The translations under genes and the position numbers were made by a program. A stretch of 64,000 bases of DNA from Pseudopelagicola sp. (GTDB taxonomy: Bacteria > Pseudomonadota > Alphaproteobacteria > Rhodobacterales > Rhodobacteraceae), in the NCBI GenBank assembly GCA_026195905.1, contig JAPHRE010000040.1, positions 1,363-65,362 of the forward strand. The letters are read 5' to 3'. Below the pieces are notes generated by a model. That model did not search any database. It was not told the DNA's origin and saw only the letters and a program-made list of their open reading frames with translations. Shown here in pieces: positions 19,313 to 28,682 of this stretch (the stretch's first letter is position 1; the number at the start of each line of letters is the position of its first letter).

Positions 19313-20302
19313 CTATGTATCCGCCTCAAGCAGGTCAACAATAGCCCCCGTCGCCCGCGCACCAAGATGCACTTCACCAATGTGACAGGTGACACTGGCC
19401 GCCTTGGATTGCCGCGGCGCGTAGAGCACGGCGCGCGGGTCCGTCGATCGCACCGCAACATCAAGCGCCGTGCACAAGAGCGGCTGTTGATCCGCGGGAT
19501 ACATCAGATGATCCGCGAAACGCTCACAGAAAACCCGTTTGTTGATCACCACAGCGTCGCGGTGCTCTGCATGATTCATCAACACCGGCTCGAGCGACAA
19601 AATCGCATGATACGGACCTGTCGTCTTTTTGTCTGCATAGGTCGAAAGGGCAGCAATCATATCGTCCACTTCATTGGACGCCTCACAAGAGTATGAGATG
19701 AACCCCGCCCCGGTCAGCCCAAACAGCCCCTTGCACGAACTGAACGCCGCAACCTGCGCGACGTCATGCCCGGCCTCAAGCCCGATGGACGCCGTTGCAT
19801 CAAGCGCCAGTTTCGCGCCAACCCGTTTACTCAATGCGGCAAGGCCATCAATCGGCACCAATATGGCCTCGCTGGTTTCTGCGTAGACCGCGAGAACCCA
19901 ATCATATGTGCCGCTCACCGCGTCCAATTGCTGCCAATCGACGACATCGACCTTCCGAATGAACCCATCACGACGCATCCGGCTATTGGCAATCGCCTGA
20001 AGGCGTTGGGCGTAATACCCCGAATTGACGACCAGAACATCGCCATAAAGAAAGTTCGCAATCATGACCTCAATGGCGCTGGTGCCGGACCCCTGCATCG
20101 CTACGGTTTTCGATTGCCCCGCCAAATCGGAGATCATGCCAAGGACATGCGCATAACTATCAAGAAACGCCTGATCCCCGCGACCAAAGCACGGACGCAA
20201 CGCGGCAACATTGCCATAGACCAGACTTGCCGGCCCCGCCGTAAAAAGGGGTTTATCGGCATTGAAACTCTCAATCGTTTCAACGGTAAGGGTATCAGTC
20301 AT
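19313..20302 (-). CDS. Class V PLP aminotransferase, probable 2-aminoethylphosphonate-forming transaminase (divergent)
   Basis: LFTAGP, QGSGTSAIE, LDATAS, PLP lysine in SSCKGL; start overlaps the end of ppd. Confidence 0.75.
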   Translation of the reverse strand: MTDTLTVETIESFNADKPLFTAGPASLVYGNVAALRPCFGRGDQAFLDSYAHVLGMISDLAGQSKTVAMQGSGTSAIEVMIANFLYGDVLVVNSGYYAQRLQAIANSRMRRDGFIRKVDVVDWQQLDAVSGTYDWVLAVYAETSEAILVPIDGLAALSKRVGAKLALDATASIGLEAGHDVAQVAAFSSCKGLFGLTGAGFISYSCEASNEVDDMIAALSTYADKKTTGPYHAILSLEPVLMNHAEHRDAVVINKRVFCERFADHLMYPADQQPLLCTALDVAVRSTDPRAVLYAPRQSKAASVTCHIGEVHLGARATGAIVDLLEADT

Positions 20303-21440
20303 GGGGTCGTCCAATAGCGGCCATAAAGGCGGTTTTACTCTCGGCAGGTGTGGCTTTGGGGCGCCCGAGATCGGATCTTGCACCGGGGGCCACCATAATT
20401 TCGACAAAGCTCGCATGATCCGCAGCCTTCGCCGCCTCTAACGCCGGCCCAATATCTGCGAGCCTCGTGATGCGTTGGGCCGTTTTATATCCAAGCCCTT
20501 TGGCAACCTCTGTGAGCTTGGCATCCGGCCCTGCTGTGACCTGTCCGCCCACAGAATCATGAACTTGGTTGTTAAAGACAATGTGGATCAGGTTCGCTTG
20601 TCTGGCAGAGGTCGCAAGGCTACCCGTATGCATCAAGATCGCACCATCCCCATCAAGACAAGCGACCTTGCGAGCAGGATCGCCCAGCGCAATACCGGTT
20701 GCAATCATCGCCGCGTGTCCCATACCGCCCACCGAAAGAAATGACGGCCCGCCAAGCCCCTCTCCCTGCTGTAACTCATAAACCTCACGAGAGATTTTCC
20801 CCGTCGTCCCGACAAGCGGCATGTCGCCCAAACTTGTAAGGGCGCATTTGATGGCCTCTTCGCGCAGTGGAAAATCCGACATCTCCTGCGGCGGCTTTGT
20901 GGGCGTCGAGAAGGTATTCTTACGTATGACCAACGCCGTAGGCTTTGTCTCTGCCATCGCCGTTCTCAAGAGGTCTTCCGCCGCATCGTGGGCCGCCCCC
21001 AACGCATCGTCCGGGCCGATAACCCGATAGGGAATATCCAGAATATCAAGCACCTCACATGTGATTTCGCCCTGAAAAACATGCTGCGGCTCATCCTTGA
21101 TCTGGCCGAGCGCGGTCATCTCACCGCGCCAACCCACAAGCAAAAGCATGGGAATACCATAGACCTTGGGCGACGCCAGCGACGTCAGAGGGTTGACTGC
21201 ATTGCCCAACCCGGAATTTTGCATAAACACGACAGAGGGGGCGCGCGTACCGAGATACTGACCAATCGCAAGACCAACCGCCGCGCCCTCATCTGCGGCA
21301 ATCTCCAATAAACAGTTACCCTGTTCTGCCCTCGCCTCCAGCCCAACAATAAGGCTGCTGAGAAGCGAATCCGGCACACCAAAATAACTCTGCACACCAA
21401 ACCGCGCCAATGCGCCAAGAAAACCTTCCGAGTCGACCAT
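20295..21440 (-). CDS. aepY: Phosphonopyruvate decarboxylase (AepY/Ppd)
   Basis: GVPDSLL, DEGAAVGLAIG, MQNSGLGNAVNPL, GWRGE...DEPQH, SVGGMGHA, CLDGDGA, HDSVGGQ. Confidence 0.93.
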   Translation of the reverse strand: MVDSEGFLGALARFGVQSYFGVPDSLLSSLIVGLEARAEQGNCLLEIAADEGAAVGLAIGQYLGTRAPSVVFMQNSGLGNAVNPLTSLASPKVYGIPMLLLVGWRGEMTALGQIKDEPQHVFQGEITCEVLDILDIPYRVIGPDDALGAAHDAAEDLLRTAMAETKPTALVIRKNTFSTPTKPPQEMSDFPLREEAIKCALTSLGDMPLVGTTGKISREVYELQQGEGLGGPSFLSVGGMGHAAMIATGIALGDPARKVACLDGDGAILMHTGSLATSARQANLIHIVFNNQVHDSVGGQVTAGPDAKLTEVAKGLGYKTAQRITRLADIGPALEAAKAADHASFVEIMVAPGARSDLGRPKATPAESKTAFMAAIGRPHD

Positions 21441-22735
21441 TACGCTGTTCCCGGAATGAGCTTCAGGATTTGTTTGATGGAAATGATGTCATCTTCGATT
21501 TCAGCCGTGCGACCATTGATCAAAATCGAACGCGCCACCATATCCATCGCCTTGTAGGACGCGCGCAGCATGTGATTGGCATAAATGATGACCTTGACGC
21601 CATGCGCCTGCAATTCGTAATCGTGCACCGTATTGTAGGACGATGGCACTACGACAATGGGAATATCCGGGTGACTGGCCCGGAACTGATCCGTGAACGA
21701 AAAAACTTCGTCCGGTTCTTTTTCTTTGGAATGGATCATAACCGCACCCGCACCCGCCCGAACATAGGCGTCGGCCCGCATCAATGCATCATCCACCCCC
21801 TGCCCGAGGATAAGGCTCTCCAGGCGCGCGATGATCATCATGCCGTTGTACTTCTGGCCCTCGATACCGGCGCGAATCTTGTCCGAGAACTCTTCAATGC
21901 TGGCTTGGGTCTGCGGCACATCAGTGCCAAGCAACGAGTTTTTCTTAAGCCCCGTCTTGTCCTCGATGATTGCGGCCGCAATGCCCATCCGCTCCATCGT
22001 GCGCACCCGCAATTCAAAATGCTCGGCTTTGCCGCCCGTATCTGCATCCATAACCAAGGGTTTGGTTGTGACCTCGAAAATCTCATCAATATTTTGTAAC
22101 CGGCGCGAGATATCCAGGGCTTCGATATCAGGCAGCCCCATTTCCGTGCTATCGGTCAGTGAACTAGACCAAAATCCGTCAAATTGCAGCGTCTTACCAT
22201 TCCGCTCCACCTGCAGGTTTTCACCGATAAGCGCGGCAAGCGGGCTGTGGGCTTCTAGGATACGTACAAGGCGATGCGATTGCATCAACCGCCGGAACGC
22301 CTTTTGGCGGGCATACGGCGATGCGAGCGCCGCTGTCATCTGTGGTGCGATGCTCGCGTTGTCGAATTCATGGCTATAGGGCAATTCGACAAATGTGCCG
22401 CCGTAGCTATTCAATTTTTGGACCACGCGGTCGCGTAGACCCTGCAATGGCCCATCCCACTTGTCACCATGCACAAAAACCTTGGGTTGGTATTTGTCCA
22501 AGACGTCATCAAACTCCCATGCGTCCTGTGCAACCACCTCATCGACACAATCCAGAGACTCAAGGATTTCGCGGCGCTGCTCAAAGGATAAAAGCGGCAA
22601 AGCCTTTTTGTTTTCAAGGGCTTGATCAGTCAAAAGACCGACCGTCACGCGCCCGTGCCGCTTGGCTTCCTTCAGAATCCGAAGATGCCCGTTGTGAAGG
22701 ATTTCCATCGTCATACTGACGTATACTTCAGTCAA
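21440..22735 (-). CDS. pepM: Phosphoenolpyruvate mutase with N-terminal cytidylyltransferase domain (AepX/PepM)
   Basis: N-terminal HNGH cytidylyltransferase motif; LEAHSPLAA, WSSSLTDS, DADTGG, and the diagnostic EDKTGLKKNS; TAATG-coupled to ppd. Confidence 0.95.
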   Translation of the reverse strand: MTEVYVSMTMEILHNGHLRILKEAKRHGRVTVGLLTDQALENKKALPLLSFEQRREILESLDCVDEVVAQDAWEFDDVLDKYQPKVFVHGDKWDGPLQGLRDRVVQKLNSYGGTFVELPYSHEFDNASIAPQMTAALASPYARQKAFRRLMQSHRLVRILEAHSPLAALIGENLQVERNGKTLQFDGFWSSSLTDSTEMGLPDIEALDISRRLQNIDEIFEVTTKPLVMDADTGGKAEHFELRVRTMERMGIAAAIIEDKTGLKKNSLLGTDVPQTQASIEEFSDKIRAGIEGQKYNGMMIIARLESLILGQGVDDALMRADAYVRAGAGAVMIHSKEKEPDEVFSFTDQFRASHPDIPIVVVPSSYNTVHDYELQAHGVKVIIYANHMLRASYKAMDMVARSILINGRTAEIEDDIISIKQILKLIPGTA

Positions 22736-23013
22736 AATTCCCGCCCCATCATTTTTTCAGATTTGACAATATCTTGCCCCCCAACGTAACGCCACCCCGC
22801 CACGACAGCCTTGGCACCATCTATACTGCGGCGCGTCTTCGGGTTTGCAAGCATTGGTATTTGCGGGTGCGATATGAACGCAAGCGTAAGAACCGCAAGC
22901 GCCGCCATTTGAGAGGCCCGAGGCAATATGAAATGCCTGTTCTCAGGGGCCGTATGAGGTGCCCCTCATTTCTGAGGGTCAGCATCGACAAAATTCAGAC
23001 CACCGCATAAAAA

Positions 23014-23029
23014 GTTAACAATAAATTAA
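23014..23029 (-). promoter_or_regulatory. CtrA binding site, TTAA-N7-TTAAC
   Basis: The minus strand reads TTAA-TTTATTG-TTAAC, an exact consensus match, ending ~20 bp upstream of the NRPS-like ATG. Confidence 0.6.
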
Positions 23030-23048
23030 TAATCATAGGCGCGACAGT

Positions 23049-25415
23049 ATGAACGGCTTTTCACCGCTGAGCAGCATGGATGCTTTCTTGGAAGCGACCG
23101 CCAGCCGCTGGGCCAAGATGCCAGAAAAGATTGCCCTCAAAGAGGGGGATCAGGCGCTCAAATTTTTCGAGCTGGAAGCGCGGGCCAATTGCATGGCGCG
23201 CAAGCTTGTCGCCAATGGTGTCGGGATCGGCGAGTTCGTCGGCTACCTGGGGCCGACAGGCATTCCCTTCGTTGTGACATGTTGGGCCTGTTTGAAGGCT
23301 GGGATGACCTTCATGCCAATCAGCCCAAAGTTTCCTGACAAAAGCGTGGTCGATATTTTGACGACCGCAAACGCGAAGGCCTTCGTTTCAGACCGCATTT
23401 TGTCCATCGTCGACGCGAAATTCTGTCAGATGGGTTTACCCGATGAAGAGGAAGATACACAGCCATACCATGCCGCGAACGTCCCCGCGACAGTCCTTGC
23501 AGCTGCAAGCACCACATCTGGAAGCACGGGCATTCCCAAGATTTCAGGCGAAACCAGAGAGATCAAAGCGACCGTCGCCTTGCAATATCTTGAGATGACC
23601 GACCTCGGTGATCGCTCTATTTTCGGCCATTGTGGAACATTGTCGATCCCGTGGCTGCTGGCTGCGCTCCACGCCGGAGCTTGTGTGACCTGCTATGATG
23701 CCGCGGCTGGCTCTGCTCAAGCCTTGTTCGATTGGTTGAAGACCGACAAAGTCACGCATTGGCATAACTACCCTGCGCTATATCGGACACTTTGCGACGT
23801 AGACGGGGCGTTGCCCGATTTGGAAACTCTGGTGCTATGTGGCGAGCCGATATTCCGACACGATTTTGAGCTGTTTGAGCGACTAACCCGACCCGGAGCG
23901 ACCCTTTTTAATATCTATGCCCAGCAGGAGTATTCTCTTGGCGCTGCCTTTGAAATCCGCAACGGAGAACGTCTGGCATTCGACAAGATTCCGGTAGGTC
24001 GGGTTATTGGCGAAAACGATCTGCAAATCTTGGATGAAGATGGCAAGCCGGTCGGACCTCGCGGGATTGGCGAGATCACGCATCGGTCCTTGCGAGTGCC
24101 GGAGGGCTATGTCGGCAACCCCGAGCGCAGCGCACAAGCCTTTGGAGCGGGTGCCGACGGCGTGCGCAGTTTTGCGACGGGCGATCTTGGCTACTTTGAC
24201 AAGGAAGGCTTGCTGCATTTCGTCGGGCGCAAAGATGATCGGGTCAAAATCCGCAATTTCAACGTGTATCCGGCGGATATCGAACAGGAAATCAAGCCGC
24301 ACCCGGAGGTGGACGCGGTGGCGGTCACCGTCAAATACTGCGCGCGGAACCTGCCTCGGCTGGCCTGTTTTTATGAAGGCGCGGTGGCACCCGCAGATTT
24401 GAAGGCGTGGCTGAGCGACCGTATCTCGGCATTCATGATGCCGCAGTTCTTCGTGCCGGTTAAAGCCCTCCCCAGAACGATGACAGGGAAATTGCAACGC
24501 AACCGGCTGGACCTTCCCCAAAATGTCTCGGACGCCGAGCGCATACCTGCGCGCACCCCCACTGAACAGGCGCTGACAGAGGTTTGGCAGGATATTCTCG
24601 GCCATGAGGATTTCGGCGTGGCGGATAATTTCTTCGATGTCGGCGGGGACAGCCTGCGGGCGATGGAGTTGCTCCTGTTGATGAACAAGCGGTTCGGACG
24701 CCTCTTGACGCTCGATCAGGTCATCATGGCGGAGGCGAGCATTCAGGGCGTTGCAGAATTGATTGAGGCCAACGCGGAGCGGTCGCAACTGCGCCTGCTC
24801 AAGCCCGGCGACAGCAAGACGCATATCGTTGTTGGCCATGTTTATGGAGGTGGGGTGACAGATTACCTCGACTTTGCCCGCGCCACTGGCGGCGAAATCC
24901 GAGTTTCGGGAATCTGCGCCGATTATTCGCAACGCAACCGCGCCTATCCGATCCGGCAAAAGGCCAAGGAAGCCGCAAGCCACGTGCCAAACGATCCGGC
25001 GACTGTGATGATGGGGTATAGCTATGGCGGTCGGATTGCCTTTGAAATTGCCCAACTCATGGGGGCCGGCGGGCGGATCGTTCTGGTGGACCCGATCGGG
25101 CCGTTCAGCAACCGATTGATACATTGGCTAGAAGACATTGCCAAAAAGCTCGTGATGCCCCGCTCCGAATTGGGGACAGAGCGGAATTACCTTGGCGATT
25201 TTGTCTACCGGCCCAAACCGCTCAGGACTGCGGGCGCGCTATTGATAACCTGCGAGACTTCCCACAAGGAAGATATCATAGGCTGGTCAGCGGCACTGGA
25301 CGGGCCGGTCGAGGTTCTTGAGGTTCCGGGAACGCACTGGGACATCCTGCGCGGTGCCAATGCCATTGAGGTTGCCAACAAAGTGCAGGACTGGCTGACA
25401 CGCGCGCCCACGTAG
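23049..25415 (+). CDS. Standalone NRPS-like protein, adenylation-thiolation-thioesterase (A-T-TE)
   Basis: TSGSTGIPK, FATGDLG, GRKDDRVKIR, LPRTMTGKL; PCP motif FFDVGGDSL; TE motifs GYSYGG, LVDP, GTHW. Confidence 0.88.
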   Translation: MNGFSPLSSMDAFLEATASRWAKMPEKIALKEGDQALKFFELEARANCMARKLVANGVGIGEFVGYLGPTGIPFVVTCWACLKAGMTFMPISPKFPDKSVVDILTTANAKAFVSDRILSIVDAKFCQMGLPDEEEDTQPYHAANVPATVLAAASTTSGSTGIPKISGETREIKATVALQYLEMTDLGDRSIFGHCGTLSIPWLLAALHAGACVTCYDAAAGSAQALFDWLKTDKVTHWHNYPALYRTLCDVDGALPDLETLVLCGEPIFRHDFELFERLTRPGATLFNIYAQQEYSLGAAFEIRNGERLAFDKIPVGRVIGENDLQILDEDGKPVGPRGIGEITHRSLRVPEGYVGNPERSAQAFGAGADGVRSFATGDLGYFDKEGLLHFVGRKDDRVKIRNFNVYPADIEQEIKPHPEVDAVAVTVKYCARNLPRLACFYEGAVAPADLKAWLSDRISAFMMPQFFVPVKALPRTMTGKLQRNRLDLPQNVSDAERIPARTPTEQALTEVWQDILGHEDFGVADNFFDVGGDSLRAMELLLLMNKRFGRLLTLDQVIMAEASIQGVAELIEANAERSQLRLLKPGDSKTHIVVGHVYGGGVTDYLDFARATGGEIRVSGICADYSQRNRAYPIRQKAKEAASHVPNDPATVMMGYSYGGRIAFEIAQLMGAGGRIVLVDPIGPFSNRLIHWLEDIAKKLVMPRSELGTERNYLGDFVYRPKPLRTAGALLITCETSHKEDIIGWSAALDGPVEVLEVPGTHWDILRGANAIEVANKVQDWLTRAPT

Positions 25416-25466
25416 ACAACCAAAGCAAAGCCGGGCGGGCACGCAAACGATGCCTAAACTCATAGA

Positions 25467-25781
25467 TTATTTTTCTGTCACGTCTGAAATCCAAGTGCCT
25501 GCTGCAACGGCACGTGGCAATCCTAGCGGGCCAATTGCCAAAAGAGCAACTTGATGTAGATCGCCTTCTGCAACACCTTCAGCCAAACCCCGACGCGCAT
25601 GAGAGTGAACGGCGCCCTCGGACCCTGCGCCAATAGCCAATGCGAGCTTGACCAAACGGCGTTCACGTGTCGTTAGGTCTCCGGCCTTGGCCGTTGCCGC
25701 GCCTAAATCAGCATAAGCAGACCAGATTGTTGGGTGGCTTTTGGCAAGGTCACCCGCGGCGCCTGGTAGGTCTTTACTCAT
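25467..25781 (-). CDS. Carboxymuconolactone decarboxylase (CMD/AhpD-like) family protein
   Basis: LTTRERRLVKLALAIG...AVHSHARRG pattern. Confidence 0.8.
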   Translation of the reverse strand: MSKDLPGAAGDLAKSHPTIWSAYADLGAATAKAGDLTTRERRLVKLALAIGAGSEGAVHSHARRGLAEGVAEGDLHQVALLAIGPLGLPRAVAAGTWISDVTEK

Positions 25782-25807
25782 GGTTTTTCCTTTCGGTGTT
25801 GAATGCA

Positions 25808-26815
25808 CTACCCGCCAAGGGCAGACATATGGCGCGACACAGCAGGGCGCGTCATGTTTGACATATCAAAACTGTGCCGCTCAGGTTTTGTTGCGAGGGC
25901 TGCGCGGATCGCATCTGTCACCGCGTGTTCGGATGTGCGCAACGCTGTGCGCAGATCAACCGAGCCTTCATCCCCCATGCAAGTATAAAGCCGTCCTGTG
26001 CAACTGACGCGGACACGGTTGCAAAGCGAACAGAAGTTGCATGACATCGGCGAAATGAAACCCAGTTGACCGCCTGTCTCGCCGACCTGCATGTAGCGCG
26101 CCGGCCCGCCCGAACTGCGCCGACTGGGCGTCAATGTCCAGCGGCGCGCAAGAGCGGCCTGCACGTCACACAGCGAGAGTACGCTCTGGCTGCGGTCAAG
26201 GCCCGTCTCGCCCAGCGGCATTTCCTCGATCAAGGTCAGGTCCATACCACGCGCATGCGCAAAGCGGATCAACGCGTCGACTTCCCCTTCAAAGGCACCG
26301 CGGCTGGCGACCGCGTTGAGCTTGACTTTCAGCCCACAAGCCAGAGCCGCATCAATGCCCTCATGCACACGGGCGATATCCCCCAGCCGCGTCAAGGCGC
26401 GAAAACGCGCGCCGTCCAGCGTATCAAGCGATATATTGACCCGTTTCACCCCACAGGCGGCCAGCGCCTCGGCGTGTTTGGCCAGTTGCGTGCCATTGGT
26501 TGTCAGCGTCAACTCGTCCAGCGCACCGGATTTGACATGCTGCGAGAGGTCGCGAAATAGCGCGATGACATCCGGGCGCACCAATGGTTCGCCCCCTGTC
26601 AGGCGCAGTTTACGCACGCCCCGGCGTATGAAAATGTCACTGAGCCGCGCCAGTTCCTCAAGATCAAGAACATCGCGCCGTGGCAGAAAGGTCATCTTTT
26701 CCGCCATGCAATAAGTGCAGCGCAGATCACAGCGGTCTGTCACAGAAAGTCGCAGATAGCTTACCGTGCGGCCAAAACTATCAACAAGAGGGGCGGGATT
26801 GGCATCAAGCGGCAT
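25808..26815 (-). CDS. moaA: GTP 3',8-cyclase MoaA
   Basis: LRLSVTDRCDLRCTYC, LTGGEPL, CNFCSLCNRVR, C-terminal GG. Confidence 0.95.
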   Translation of the reverse strand: MPLDANPAPLVDSFGRTVSYLRLSVTDRCDLRCTYCMAEKMTFLPRRDVLDLEELARLSDIFIRRGVRKLRLTGGEPLVRPDVIALFRDLSQHVKSGALDELTLTTNGTQLAKHAEALAACGVKRVNISLDTLDGARFRALTRLGDIARVHEGIDAALACGLKVKLNAVASRGAFEGEVDALIRFAHARGMDLTLIEEMPLGETGLDRSQSVLSLCDVQAALARRWTLTPSRRSSGGPARYMQVGETGGQLGFISPMSCNFCSLCNRVRVSCTGRLYTCMGDEGSVDLRTALRTSEHAVTDAIRAALATKPERHSFDMSNMTRPAVSRHMSALGG

Positions 26816-27332
26816 TGCGGGCCTCTCGGGTTTGGTGGAACCATGTCAGAACAATGTCTTGGGTCATGGGCAGATCACAGGACAGCCCGGCCCCAAATTC
26901 GGCCCAAGCCTCTTCATAGGTCGGGCGCACCGCGATCAGCACGGGCACATCCAGCTCGATCGCTCGGCTGATCAACTCACGAAAACCACGCCCCTCGCTT
27001 TCGCCACGACCAAACCGGTTAAGGATCAACAGGTCTGCGCCCTCTTCAAGCTCTGCCTCGATGAAAGAGGAACATTGCGCCAGCGCCCCCGGATGCAGAC
27101 GGCACCCCTGCGAGCCATTGCCCAGGGGTTGCGAAATACGAAAGACACGTGACGAGCCGAGCGTGGTCAGGTCCATGTCGGCGCAATGGCACGCACCGCC
27201 CTCAGCCCCGCGCGTCTGCAGTGCGCCGCGTATACGGTATCCATCGGATATCAGTGTCCGGGCAACTTTGCTAAGAAACCCGTCAATATCGTCATGCTCA
27301 AAGCGCACGGCAGCGAGGGGAAAGAAGGTCAT
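26805..27332 (-). CDS. DUF2478-family protein (P-loop-like, molybdenum-associated)
   Basis: ISQPLGNGSQGCRLHPGAL, LILNRFGRGESEGRGFR; ATGA-coupled to moeA. Confidence 0.75.
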   Translation of the reverse strand: MTFFPLAAVRFEHDDIDGFLSKVARTLISDGYRIRGALQTRGAEGGACHCADMDLTTLGSSRVFRISQPLGNGSQGCRLHPGALAQCSSFIEAELEEGADLLILNRFGRGESEGRGFRELISRAIELDVPVLIAVRPTYEEAWAEFGAGLSCDLPMTQDIVLTWFHQTREARNAA

Positions 27333-28600
27333 GATATGTATCCTCCTTGGCAAAATGGGCGCCAGAAAAGTGGCGCATCGGGTGTTATTTCGCAGCACTC
27401 TGCGGGCACGATGGCAAGGCCATCCGCGCCGCCAAGCGGTAGCAAGGTTGCCGATACGCTCTGCCCCAGACGGTTCAGAACCGGCAGGCCTGCGCTGGTG
27501 TAGCTGGCAAGGCGCACGGGAAAGACTTCGGCGCGGCCCGACTTGCGCACCCACTCAAATCCAGCCACTGCAGGAACAGGCGCAAAGGTTTCGGGGGACG
27601 CACCAAGCAGACGGTCGAGTTGCGGGCGCACAAACATGTGAAAGCCCACAAACACGGCAAAGGGATTTCCGGGCAGCCCAGTAAAAGCCGCCGCGCCCAA
27701 GCTTCCAAACATCACCGGCTTGCCCGGTTTAAGCGCAACGCGCCAGCCGTGCACGGTTCCGCCAGCCGCTATGAAAGCGCTGCGAATATGATCTTTGCCA
27801 CCCATCGACACGGCACCAGAGGACAGGATCAGATCGAAACCGGCCTCCAGCCCGGCAAGTGCGGCGGCGGTGATGTGTGGATCATCGGGCAATATCCCCA
27901 GATCAGTGACCTCCGCGCCCGCTTGCTGCGCAAGTGCCAGCAACATCGGGCGGTTGGCATCGTGAATTTGACCTGGTGCACGTGGCCCCTGGCCCAGCTC
28001 ATCGCCCGTGGAAAAGACCGCAATACGGGGCCGCCGCACAGCCTCGATCGCGTCCATACCATTGGCGGCGAGCAGACCGATATGATGCGCCCCTACGCGG
28101 TTGCCTGCTTCAAGCAATACCTGACCGGCATCCTGATCACTTCCCGCGCGGCGAATGTTTGCGCCCGGTTTGGGCGGGCTGGAAAAATGCACCTTGCGGG
28201 TCTTGTCGATACAGGCTTCAATCATGGCGACCGCGTCGGCACCTTTGGGCAGCGGCGCGCCAGTGTAGATGCGCATGGCCGCGCCTTCGGGCAGATCGCA
28301 AGGCGCATCACCGGCGGCGACAGTGCCCGCAACGGGCAGGCAGCAACGCCCCTTCAGATCGCTCAGGCGCAGGGCGAAACCGTCCATCGCGGAGTTGTCA
28401 AAGAAGGGCATCGCAGAGGGCGCGATCACATCCGTAGCGGCGGTGCGCCCGATAGCCTGCGCCAGCGGCACGATCTCGCGGTCGTGGATCGGGAATAGAT
28501 TGGCCAGCGCCAGATCGCGCGCAGCCGACAGGCTCAAGAGTCTTTGCATCTCGGCAAGATCATCACAGCCGCAGCCAGTTGAAACATGAGTGCCGTCCAT
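27329..28600 (-). CDS. moeA: Molybdopterin molybdotransferase MoeA
   Basis: FDNSAMDGFA, RIYTGAPLP, STGDEL, SGAVSMG, KPGKP, GLPGNP. Confidence 0.95.
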   Translation of the reverse strand: MDGTHVSTGCGCDDLAEMQRLLSLSAARDLALANLFPIHDREIVPLAQAIGRTAATDVIAPSAMPFFDNSAMDGFALRLSDLKGRCCLPVAGTVAAGDAPCDLPEGAAMRIYTGAPLPKGADAVAMIEACIDKTRKVHFSSPPKPGANIRRAGSDQDAGQVLLEAGNRVGAHHIGLLAANGMDAIEAVRRPRIAVFSTGDELGQGPRAPGQIHDANRPMLLALAQQAGAEVTDLGILPDDPHITAAALAGLEAGFDLILSSGAVSMGGKDHIRSAFIAAGGTVHGWRVALKPGKPVMFGSLGAAAFTGLPGNPFAVFVGFHMFVRPQLDRLLGASPETFAPVPAVAGFEWVRKSGRAEVFPVRLASYTSAGLPVLNRLGQSVSATLLPLGGADGLAIVPAECCEITPDAPLFWRPFCQGGYIS

Positions 28601-28682
28601 GAGTGCCTCCTGCAACACGTCAGAATTTTTTTTTGGGGGGGGAGATGGATGCGGCGGCGCAGGGCAGCCGCATCCTATGTCG

